Assembly: GCA_023920165.1 (NCBI GenBank)
Contig: CP089281.1
Span: 1,736,001-1,800,000 of the forward strand
Source: Curvularia clavata
Taxonomy: Eukaryota
Length of the DNA stretch: 64,000 bases
Reading direction: 5' to 3'
The first letter of the stretch is position 1. Every line of letters begins with the position of its first letter. The position numbers and the translations under genes are program-made. Under the pieces are notes generated by a model. It was not told where the DNA came from and searched no databases. It was given only the letters and a program-made list of their open reading frames with translations. Below are positions 36,867 through 48,149 of this stretch, piece by piece.

Positions 36867-38619
36867 GTGTCTTACTGACGGCATGAGCAGTGCTTCCACT
36901 CTCTATCAACTAATAGTCCGTCTCTACGAGGACTGGCGATGTATACCCCTGATGGGACTGGAGGAAGACACTGTGAATGCGGTCCTACCTTTTTTCCAAT
37001 CTCGCATTGCCTTGGCCATGTGAGAGAAATCTTTCCTGACTAATTTGCTCTTACTGCAAATTCGAGAGTTCTTTTTTGTGGATGGCAGATAGAACGATTT
37101 GACTTTTGACGATTTTTCACGATGGAGGATTTTTACCAAAGTAGCGTTCTCCCAGTACCATAATGAATATGAACCTTTTCTACATGCGACTTTGTTTATG
37201 AAATTGGTTTTTGAAGTATTTAGCCATTTCATTCTTTTTTGACCGTATAAAGTCTACAAGGCGAGTCATGCTTCTATCTCTCGCATTCCAAGTCAAGCCA
37301 CCCCTTTTTTTCCCCCATTCACAACACTGCACATCACGCAGAGTACATAACTACACGATATACCGAGCCAAAATACCGAGCCTTTTTTTGTCCGCCACAT
37401 CGCCCATTTAACCACCGGAGCGGAAGCGCGCACATTGGGTAACCCGCTTGCATCGGCCAATTCGCCGACCCTCCTACGAACTCCCCCCACCCCCGATATA
37501 CCAATTTTTTTTTCCTCTCGCAACACACGCTGCGCGGGCGAAGGGAATAGTACCGAAAGAAAATACGTTGGTGGCGTGGATTATTTACAAGAATGGATAA
37601 TTCCTAAAAAGGAAATGGTATAGTTATTAGTTTACGTTATAGAGTGCAAGACAAACTTGATTGGTCGGCAAGAGGGTCAAATTCTTTTTCTTTTTGAGGA
37701 CTAGCGTACGTGGGATGGTAATGAGGCTTGAGATGTAAACTCTGGAATATTCACTGTTAGATTTGGGAAGGGGCTGTTTGGGAGGTGCGGTGAAGGGTTC
37801 GGATTATGTGGGCGGGCTCGGAAGCTGGTTGTGTGCGTGAGTGGAGGGGAGTAGGAGAATGGAAGATGGAGTTTGGACAGAAGAAGTAGATGCATAGGGG
37901 GTAATAGTTGCAAGTGGTGTTGATATTGACTTGGAGGCTCTAGTATGGTTTGATAATTGTCTCGATGTAAGTTTTTATGGATGAATGCTTTAGTGTTTAT
38001 CTGCGGAGGTTGGTAGAACGCAGCAAAAAGGTTACAGCTCACAGACTAGAGTAATCTAGTACATGTTTATCGAGAGTACGACGTCACTGGAAAACATGTT
38101 GAATTTCATAGAACCTTAGATTTTTAACTGCCTCATCCTGTGTTTGACACGAAGCTAAGATAGAAGTGGACAGTTACTGTTCCTATCCTACAACGAGGAC
38201 AAAACTAATCTCGATCTAAGCGTGCCGGGACGCACGATGCAACGAGACAGGTTTTGCTTCGAAGCCTTGCTGTCTCTTATTTGCAAGATTTCCAACATAC
38301 AGTAGGCATGTTAATACTCTAGACCTGGTTCTCTTCTGAGATATTAGCCTCTAGCGCAAATTTTCGTAATATTACCTTTACTATCAATCGTTTCGCTAAC
38401 GCTATTAAAAGATCTTTTGTTAATGGTTACCTCTTATCTATTTATGAAGTAAAAAGTCTCTATACATGTTGGAGGGTCTGCTAGAAAGCAGAGTTTAAAA
38501 AGAATACATCCATAACATCGAAGAAATATCTTAGCCCAACAAGTATGCAGTCCGGCAGCTTGGCCGATGATAATAATAACCACCAAAAGCGTCCCAGCGC
38601 ATCGAAACTATCTAGCGTC

Positions 38620-38660
38620 TGTTAGCATGCAGACTGCCTGTAGTAGCGTGCTCAGATATC
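38620..38660 (+). repeat. Left arm of imperfect inverted repeat (pairs with 43825-43864)
   Basis: TGTTAGCATGCAGACTGCCTGTAGTAGCGTGCTCAGATATC versus the reverse complement of the right arm TGTTAGTATGCAGTAGTTTGCAGTAGCGTGCTGAGATATC; about 32 of 41 positions match by hand alignment. Confidence 0.65.
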
Positions 38661-39147
38661 TGTGTACCATGTTGTAACAAACCCGACTCTATGCCTGCTA
38701 GGGATAACTGTGGCGTGCACCCTGTGCGCTTGGGCACTTCTCTCTTTCTCGCTAGTTATTACGCAGGGTGGCTCAGCGTTCTGCCACTCTGCTTGTAGCG
38801 CCAACGGGCCTATCGTCTTGGTGATGCCGCCTTTAACGCTACGGGATAGCCTTGCGGCTGGTATGCTGCGTGCCTGTTCAGCCACGCCTTCCCCACCTTT
38901 AGCCTGATGCGACACCGTTACTACACCGAGAATGCAACAACACGCGTTGCCTCTAGGTCCCCCCACACTGTTACAGCTTCCATTCTGCTATAGATCTGCC
39001 TACGTGGTATTCTACTAGCTCTTCACCCCCCTTCTATAAGTCGACCTGGAAAAGGAGCAGGAAAGTTAGTTGCTGCGCTCCCATCAGGCTGCACGTGAAG
39101 CTTTGTCTCGTTCCCACCGCGCGGCCAACACACACCCGCATGAGTCG

Positions 39148-42100
39148 ATGCGTCTTCTAAGGTACGAAGAAGATGGCCGCCTTACCATCACCCGCTTCAA
39201 CGGTAATGCGACACCCCGATATGCGATACTTTCACACACTTGGGGGACAGATGCAGAGGAGGTGACTTTTGCGGACCTTACAAAAGGCGATGGCGAGCAC
39301 AAGCCTGGCGACGAGGCGATGCCTAGTTACAAAAACATTCTTGGCTACAAGAAGATTCGCTTCTGTGGAGAGCAAGCACAGCAAGATGGACTGCAGTACT
39401 TCTGGGTTGACACATGCTGCATTGACAGGTCAGACAAGGCTGAGCTCTCTTTGGCTATCCAGTCTATGTTCCGCTGGTACCAAGACGCAACGAAGTGCTA
39501 CGTATACTTATCGGATGTATCGACAAAGACGGGAAACGCTGGTGGGTTTTCTACTAATTCCACTTGGGAGTCTGCCTTTAGATTGAGTCGATGGTTTATA
39601 CGTGGCTGGACACTCCAAGAGCTTCTTGCACCAAGCGTTGTCGAGTTCTTCTCTCAAGATTGGAAGAAACTTGGTGACAAGATGTCGCTTAAGTTGTTAA
39701 TCCACAAAATCACAGGCATCTCTTACAAGGCGCTTGAGGGAACTCCTCTTTCCCAGTTTAGTATCAACGAACGGTTGCGGTGGAGAGAAGGTCGAGTGAC
39801 CAAATATGAAGAAGACGGAGCCTACTCGCTACAAGGCATCTTAGATGTCGAACTAGCGCCATTGTATGGTGAAGGTGCAGTTGGTGCCTTCCGGCGCCTG
39901 ATGGACGAAATAAATATTTCAGAAAAATGTATCCAAGACATACGCAGTACAGATCCACGTGATGACAAGAAGCGTATCGAGGAGAGCAAAGGGGGACTAC
40001 TAGCCAACTCCTATCAATGGGTCCTCGAAAACGCTACTTTCCAGCGATGGCAGCAGGAACAGCATAGCCGACTGCTGTGGATCAAAGGCGATGCGGGAAA
40101 GGGAAAAACGATGCTGCTCTGTGGCATCGTCAATGAGCTGAAGAAATCGACGAATAATCCTCCCCTGTTCTTCTTTTGCCAAGGTACCGACTCTCGCATA
40201 AATAACGCCGCCGCTGTGTTGCGTGGCTTGATCTATCTGCTTGTCAGACAGCAGCCGTGGTTGAAGTCACACCTACGGAAGAGATATGATCAAGCGGGTG
40301 GCTCTCTCTTCCAGGACGCTAATGCCTGCGTAGCCCTGTCTGAAGTCTTCACAAGCATGATGCAAGACGAGGGTCTGAAGACAACCTATCTTGTTGTTGA
40401 TGCTCTCGACGAATGTGTGATCGACCTGCCCAAGCTTCTAGATCTGATCGTCAGTACTGCCGCGTCGTCATCTCGGGTAAAGTGGCTTGTGTCGAGTCGA
40501 AACGAAAATCACATCGAGCAAAGGCTCAAGTCGATCGGTGACGAAGCAAAGCTGAGCCTGGAGCTGAAGCAAAACGCGGATGAGGTAGCTCGAGCTGTAG
40601 ATGCATATATCGACTACAAGCTGTCTTGTCTTGAGTCACTTGGAGAAGCGGACCTGCGAAAGCAGGTGCGGGATGAGCTCCACCGGAAGGCGAACGGCAC
40701 CTTTCTCTGGGTGGCTCTGGTGGTGCAAGAACTTGAGAAGCCTGAGAGCTGGGACCCACTGGCTGTTGTTGAGGAAGCGCCAGTAGGCCTATATGAGCTC
40801 TACGATCGCATGATGGAGCAGATTCGGCGACTGTCAACAAGGAACACGGAAATTTGTCAGTCTCTACTCTGTACTACAGCTGTCGCATACCGTCCACTCC
40901 ACCTTGCAGAGATGGGCAGCCTGTGCGGGCCGAGAGGTCGAGCTACAATGGCAGCGGAGAGTGTGAGAAAGATTGTGGCCATGTGCGGATCGTTTCTCAC
41001 CGTTCGCGACGAGCAGGTCTACCTCGTTCATCAATCAGCTAAGGAATACTTAAGCAGCAAAATGGCAGCCGCGGCCCTTCCATCTCAGAGCGAGATACAC
41101 CATAGCCTCTCCTGTCGGTCGCTCGAGCTCATGTCCATCACGCTGGAACGCGACATGTATAACTTGGTTGAGCTAGGCTTCCCAATTGACGAGGTCAAGA
41201 TACCCACACCTGATCCACTTGCGACTGCGCGTTACTCGTGCGTCTACTGGGTCGACCATCTCCACGACTCGGTTCTTGGCAAAAGCGCAAGCGACAACAA
41301 GTGCTTACAAGACGACAATGTGGTACATGCTTTCCTAAAGCAGCGATACCTCTACTGGTTAGAGGCTCTTAGTCTTTGTCGATGCATATCAGCTGGAGTG
41401 GTGTCAATGACTAAACTCGCAACATTAGTCCAGGTAATTGCAAATAGACAACAAAGGGCCCTATGGCACTAGGTGCTAATGTGAATACAGGAAATTTCAG
41501 GTGCGCATGTGTTGAGGGAAGTAATCCATGATGCACGAAGGTTCATCATGTATCACAGAGTAGGCATTGAGAACAGTCCTCTGCAGGCATATGTGTCTGC
41601 GCTATTATTCAGTCCTTCGGCGAGTTTAGTGAGAAGACATTTCCAACATGAAGAGCCAAAATGGATAAGTATCAAGCCAGCCATGGAAGACGGTTGGAGC
41701 GCGTGCCTGCAGACGTTCGAAGGCCATAGCAAAGCAGTTAGCTCAGTGACCTTCTCACACGACTCGACCCGGCTGGCGTCCGCATCAGAGGATAGTACCA
41801 TCAAGATATGGGATGTGAGCAGCGGCGCGTGCCTACAGACGCTTAAAGGCCATATCAAAGTGGTTAGCTCAGTAGTCTTCTCTCACAACTCGACCCGGCT
41901 AGTGTCTGCTTCATACGATAGTACCGTTAAGGTCTGGGATGTGAGGAATGGGGCATGCCTGCAGACGCTTAAGGGTTATGACAATCCAGTCAACTCAGTG
42001 GCTTCTTCGCACGACTCAACCCGCATAGCGTCAGGGTCGTGGCACAATATTAAAATCTGGGACGCGAGTAGCGGCTTGTGCCTACAGACACTTAAGGGCC

Positions 42101-43431
42101 ATAACTCCACGGTCAACTCAGTAGCCTTCTCGTACGACTCAACCCGGCTAGCATCTGCTTCAATCGATAACATTAAGATCTGGGATACAAGTAGCGGGGC
42201 GTGCCTACAGACCTTTGGGAGATATAGTGACTCTGTTTCAATAGCCTTCTCGCCCGACTCAACGCAGCTGGCGTCGGCGTCTCGGGACAAGATTGTCGAG
42301 ATCTGGGATGTGAGTAGTGGCGCGTGCCTGCAGACGTTTACAGGCCATAGCGGCTATGTCACCTCTGTAGCCTTCTCACACAGCTCGACAAAGCTGACTT
42401 CAGCGTCTTGGGACGGGACTGTCAAGATCTGGGATGTGAATAGTGGCGCGTGCCTGCAGACGTTTACAGGCCATACCTCTGCGGTCTACTCCACAGCTTT
42501 CTCGCACGATTCAACACAGCTAGCGACTGGGTCGCACGACAATACGGTCAAGATCTGGGATACGAGCAGCGGTGCATTTCTGCAGACGCTTAAGAGCCAT
42601 AGCTCTGGGGTCCGTTGGGTCGCCTTCTCGCACGACGCGACCCGGCTGGCGTCCGCCGCATTAGAGGACAGTACCATCAAAATATGGGATGTGAGCAGCG
42701 GTGCGTGCCTACAGACGCTCCAGGGCCATAGCCCTGGGATAAACTCAGTAGTCTTCTTGCACGACTCGACGTTGCTGGCGTCAGCGTCTTCGAACGGGAC
42801 CGTCAAGATCTGGAATGCGAGCAGCGGGGCGTGCTTGCAAACCCTTGAGACACATAATAACTTTGTCACCTCAATGGCCTTTTCGCGCGACTCAACCCGG
42901 CTAGCCTCGGCATCTTGTGAGCATGCTATAGACGAATACTATGTTACCGTGGAAATTTGGGACGTGAGCAGCGGCGCATGTCTGCAAAAATGCGAGGACC
43001 TTGACGGTCTGGTCTACTCTGTAGTTTTCTCGCACGACTCAACCCGGCTGGCGTCGGCGTCGGACAAGACCGTTAAGATCTGGGATACGAGCAGCGGCGC
43101 GTGTCTGCAGACCATCAAGCCCGGCTACGCAGCACTTAATCTATCATTTGATCCTAGTGGCGTATGCATATATACTGAATATGGTTCAATCGCTATCAAT
43201 GCATCAACCAGCTCTTATGCTGGGCACAATATAGATCATGCGCCTTCCCCAGCCTCGCCTGTAGCATTAAGCTCAGACAGGACTTGGATTACCCGTAAGG
43301 GTGCAAGAGTCCTTTGGGTACCCTCAGAGTATCGAGCCGTTCACGCAACTGTGTCCGGGAATATCATTGGCATTTGGACTGGGTCTGGAGCTGTGTGGAT
43401 GTGTAGATTTAACTCTGACAGAGATGAGTAA
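39148..43431 (+). CDS. Fungal NLR, HET-NACHT-WD40 (HNWD / HET-E-like); one intron 41434-41490
   Basis: HET motifs YAILSHTW, WVDTCCID and WFIRGWTLQEL; NACHT Walker A GDAGKGKT and Walker B VVDALDE; 11 tandem WD40 repeats. Splicing joins the two ORFs in frame. Confidence 0.95.
41701..43113 (+). repeat. Tandem array of ~123-147 nt WD40-coding repeats (11 full units plus a partial unit)
   Basis: Recurrent ACLQT...FSHDSTRLAS...KIWD.SSG units with visible DNA-level similarity. Confidence 0.92.
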
Positions 43432-43824
43432 ATCAGACCTGTTGACGACTCAGCTCAGTCCTGTATTCGCTTTATTGTTCATCTTTCATGACTCCATTTC
43501 GTATTATAGCGCATGCTCTGTAGCTTACTTTTACAATAGGATATGGCACCCTGAACAGTTAGTGTGCTTGCCACATAGAACCCCACTGAAACTAGAGAAA
43601 TCAACTGATTGATGTTAAACTACTACACACATAGGCAGGGCACCTACGGATAGAGTAGTCCCACTTAGAATGCCATCGTAGTATCCTGCGAGACTCATGT
43701 TAACGAAGAACGGTGTGCTGCGATATAGGTCGGGTAATTAGACGCAAAGATACTATCTTGTTGCGAGCTATACCAACAGCTGCCTGAGGCAGTGCTTCGC
43801 CACAGCGCACGGAACAAGCACTTG

Positions 43825-43864
43825 GATATCTCAGCACGCTACTGCAAACTACTGCATACTAACA
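43825..43864 (-). repeat. Right arm of imperfect inverted repeat (pairs with 38620-38660)
   Basis: GATATCTCAGCACGCTACTGCAAACTACTGCATACTAACA. Confidence 0.65.
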
Positions 43865-44619
43865 TCTACTTTGTACTAACAGCGCACGTCCTCAGGTTCG
43901 CGTTCTGACGATGTTGGCGTCTGCACGGAGAAACTGCCGAGATATATCCTTTTTACCCTGAACCGATCCTCCAAGACTGCAGTCTTTACCTTTGCTATCT
44001 TAGCTTTCTTTCTAAACCACCGAGCTTCTCGCAGATAGTAGGGTATTAGAGAAGTGTTAGGGGACGACGTTAACAGAACGAGCGACAATAAGGTCAACGA
44101 GACGTTTTTGGCGTCGGAGACTAACCTGCTAAGAGAACGAGGGCTTCAGAATAGATACACTTTGCACTTATTTGTATCCGAGAACACTAGATAAAATCAG
44201 AGGGTTCAACTGAGAAAGCATTCCGTTACGCCGTGCATCCTGACAAGGCCTGAATTGACATTGTCTATGCTACATATGCCATCACGTGATCCATCTATAC
44301 AACCGACACCGCGGATGCGGGGTACTACTTTAGGCAAGAGCCATTGATGAACCGAAGTGGGGGAGCTCGGTATACTGTTATGACCAAGCCGAAGTGGGGT
44401 TTGCCTAGCACATGGCTATTGTTAACTTCCCTTGTGTCATAATTTGTTCAAAAGATGCTGCCTGCACCCCCTAGTCTGCATTCCTAGATTGTCTTTTCCT
44501 TCAAACTCATATCTTATTCTTATCCTTGTTCCCATCCCATTTTAAAGTTGATATACTTACCCACTATCAAACAGTCTCCCATTGTCTCACGGAACCGACT
44601 GCCCCTCCAAACAGCCACA

Positions 44620-46022
44620 ATGTCTTCCAAACCACAGATTGGCTTCTGTGGCCTCGGAGCCATGGGCATGGGTATGGCCACGCACCTGGTCAAGCAAGGC
44701 TACCCTGTCACCGGCTTTGACGTCTACCCTCCCTCTCTGGAAAAGTTCCAGAAAGCGGGTGGAATTCCCTCGAGCTCGCTATCGGAATCTGCAAAAGACA
44801 AGCCATTCTACATCGTCATGGTGGCGTCGGCTATGCAAGCACAGCCGGCGCTCTTCGAGAAAGACGGTATTGTGAATGCGCTACCTCAAGGAGCGACTTT
44901 GCTGCTTTGCTCTACGGTGCCCAGCGCGTATGCACAGGCGGTTGAGAAGCAGCTGTCGGAAATTGGTCGCTCAGACATCTCTTTCATTGATGCACCTGTG
45001 TCTGGAGGCGCAATCAGAGCTGCAGATGGCACGTTGTCCATCATGGCAGGCGCGTCGAGTGCCGCGTTTGAGAAGGGCCAATTCCTGCTAGAAGAAATGA
45101 GTGCACCGTCGAAACTTTTCATTGTCGAAGGCGGCGTGGGCGCTGGCAGTAATATGAAGATGGTGCATCAGGTTCTAGCTGCGATTCAGATTCTGTCGTT
45201 GAACGAGGCGTATGGATTTGCGGCGCGATTGGGACTGAATGGCCAAGATTTGTACGACGAGGTCGTTGGCAAGAAGGATTCCACAGCGTGGAGTTGGATG
45301 TTTGAGAATCGGAGTCAAAGAACGCTCAAGGAGGATTACTTCCCAGGAGCAAGTGCTGTGACAATTATTCTCAAGGATACAGTAAGTCCTGTCCCTTCGT
45401 ATTTTCCCTTTTCCCAGTCTATATTCTTTGTGCAACCTTACTTTCTTGGTCTTGCACTCACTTTCATCTTCAGGGTATCATTACTTCCTCAGCGCGAAAT
45501 GCAGCATTTCCAACAACTCTCTGCTCCGCCGCGGAGCAAGTCTACTTCTCAGCTGTGGACCGGGGCTGGGGCGCCAATGACGATGCCGGCATCGTCCGTC
45601 TTTGGACCTCTGATCCCGTCACTTCTATCCACTCCAACCTGTCGCCTGAAGAGAAAGCTGAAAAGCTCAAGCACGTGGTAAACCTCCTCACAGGCATTCA
45701 TCTCGTGGCCGCCGCCGAGGCAATCTCCCTAGCCAAACACGTTGGTATTCCCCTGTCGCAGTTCTACACGCTAGTCTGTGATGCTGCTGGTGGCAGCACC
45801 ATGTTCAAGACGGCCGGTAAGAAGATGATTGACTTTTTGGAGGGCAAGGAAGACGGCTCAGCAAGTGTCTTGGGAGGTTATGTCGAGAGTCTGAAGCTTG
45901 CAGTTGAGGAGGCACAAAATATCAAGTGCCCTGTATATCTGGGATCGGGGGCCTTGAACAAGCTGCTGGAGACAAGGAAAGAGCTCAGTTTGAAAGCGCT
46001 GTTGTCATGCTACCTGAGTTAA
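44620..46022 (+). CDS. Beta-hydroxyacid dehydrogenase (3-hydroxyisobutyrate DH / 6PGD NAD-binding family), intron ~45382-45473
   Basis: IGFCGLGAMG, DAPVSGG, GTLSIMAG and GAGSNMKMVHQ (catalytic Lys). Confidence 0.9.
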
Positions 46023-46891
46023 GATACTAAGAGTATAGAATGATCTCCCAAGAGACTAGAAAATTCTGTAATTCAAAACCTTGTCTGTCAAGGCATTTGC
46101 AAAGTTGGCTTGAAAGCGTGACCTAGAGCAATATAGCTATCACAACTTGTAATTCTTGCTGACGTTATATGTCGTCCGATTGTTTTCATCCATCTATTCG
46201 AAACTTATTTGTTCCTGAAGCACCAGCCAAAAGGGCGATAGATTCTATAAATTCGGTATACCTGGACATGTATAATGTGTTCGAGACTGCCACGATCATG
46301 TCGAAGGGCATCAGACGAAATTGAGGTCAGAGGTCATTTCTTTAAATTGCTGCAAAGCTCGTGGCGACCTCCAAATGATTTACACAGCATTCAAACAACG
46401 TTGTTGCAATTGCATCCAACATGTTCCCCTTGCCGCTTCAAATAGACTATTCACTCCCTTGCTTCCTTCCTCTATTGCCATACAGGTCGTTCTTTTCATT
46501 GTCGCCTTCCCTGACAGACCGGCTGGTCCGTTCGATATCTCGAATTCGCATAGCGTATGCTAGGCACTCAAGCACACGAATGCCTCGAAACGACCATCTC
46601 ATCCACGAACCCTTTTGACTGGTATCATCCAGAAACTTTTGGAGGCAGGATGCGTGTTGCTGCAGACGCAAGTCTCTCTCAAGGGCATTTGAAAAGACTG
46701 CGCATTTGCTGCTTCCAAATATACCCAGTCACCTGCTCCTTCAACTCTTTAGCGTGCGAGTGGCTTGCAACAAACCCCAAGTCTTTCGTTAGATGGTTGC
46801 TATTGAATAAAGCGGTCGGTTTTTCGATATTCTCAAACATCGTTTGTAAGTCCGTGATTTCTCCCAAGTAGAATATCTCCCTGTTCTGGGA

Positions 46892-47615
46892 TCAGGTTCG
46901 CATCGCCATTTCCAAGTCCCTGGTCTCCTTGCTCAAATCTTGCACGTCGTCTTGTGCCATTGTTTGGGCACTAGCATCCAAATCTTGAATAACATTTTCT
47001 AAGCCTCTGACCAGCGCCTCAATCTCTGCACGCTGTGCTGTGACAGTCGACAGGAGCTCTTTGTTTGATTGCTGCGTCTCGGTAAGTTTAGCATTCATGT
47101 CGGTCGCTTGTTTTTCAAGGAACGGCATGAGATGGGCTAGGTGAATCTCGGCAGGTGAAAGGGTGTGAGGTCTGTGTACAATAGTCAGCATCAAGGGAAG
47201 AACCTGGCTCAACTATGTGCTATACTTACGGTACTGGCGTTTCAACAGGACCTCCGTTTGCACTCTCTTCAGCACGCTTCTTCCTCAACCTGGCATCCTC
47301 TATGCATTGGTCCAGGGAGTTGAGCAGCTTAACAACATTCCTTCTCTCCATAATATCCTCAAAGTTGGACTTCCATGTTCGATCGAGCTGATCTACAATC
47401 TGCCCCCTCAAGTTGTCCAAAACTTCTGGGCTGTATTGCGCAGCTGTAGGGAAGCACGAAGCGAAATTCTTGGCCGAGCATTTATCCAATGTTGCTTTTG
47501 AGGCTTGGTTGAACACATTGATTAGACCTTGCGCGCGTGGTCCCGGCGTTTCGGCAATGGGTCGGGCGGGTACAGGAGAAGGAGAGCGAGGATCGGAGTT
47601 TGTGGCAACAGGCAT
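46892..47615 (-). CDS. NNF1: Kinetochore MIND/Mis12 complex subunit Nnf1, one intron (~47172-47229)
   Basis: PGPRA...NFASCFPT...FEDIMERRNVVKLLNSLD, PHTLSP and a C-terminal coiled coil. Confidence 0.8.
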
Positions 47616-48149
47616 CGTGCGACAGGACTGTAGGGTATTTTATTCTCGAGTTTGTTAGGTGCAAGAGTCCTACCAGAAGTGGCTGTATGCAATAGTGAGA
47701 GCTGTGTTTACTCCAGAACGCGCTAAGTATTCACGTGATGGCGCGTACCGTTGCGATGACCCCACTCCTCCACACCCCCACTACGCGCTGGGATTATGAG
47801 GTTCATCAAGAAACGATCAAATTTGTAACTTGGTCTAGAATGCCATGTTCCGGAGTATGGCCGGTCTTGCTATACCAAGAGCCTCAGTCTATCGCAAAGA
47901 TAACACTTTGGACAAGATGCGGCGTAAAGGACGGGTGTGTCAAAGAAACAAGGGATCTTAAAGCCTCAGAAAGTCAAATAATAAAGTATTCCTTGAGGCT
48001 ATGATTCAACCAGACTATCCTCCTAGAAACACAGATGTCGAGCGCAGTCAGAGTCTGCTTTCAGTATCATCACTACTAAATATATAAACGAACAATATCC
48101 ACTTCTGCGAATCCTAGCCCCTTGTCCGAATGCACGTCACAACACTGGC

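Noticed and set aside
41701..43113. Regularly spaced repeats with variable segments, superficially CRISPR-like
   Set aside because: In-frame WD40 coding repeats in a eukaryotic gene; no cas genes.
43876..44140. Stop-interrupted reading with faint resemblance to an NLR effector (HeLo-like) relic
   Set aside because: The similarity is too short and ambiguous to support.
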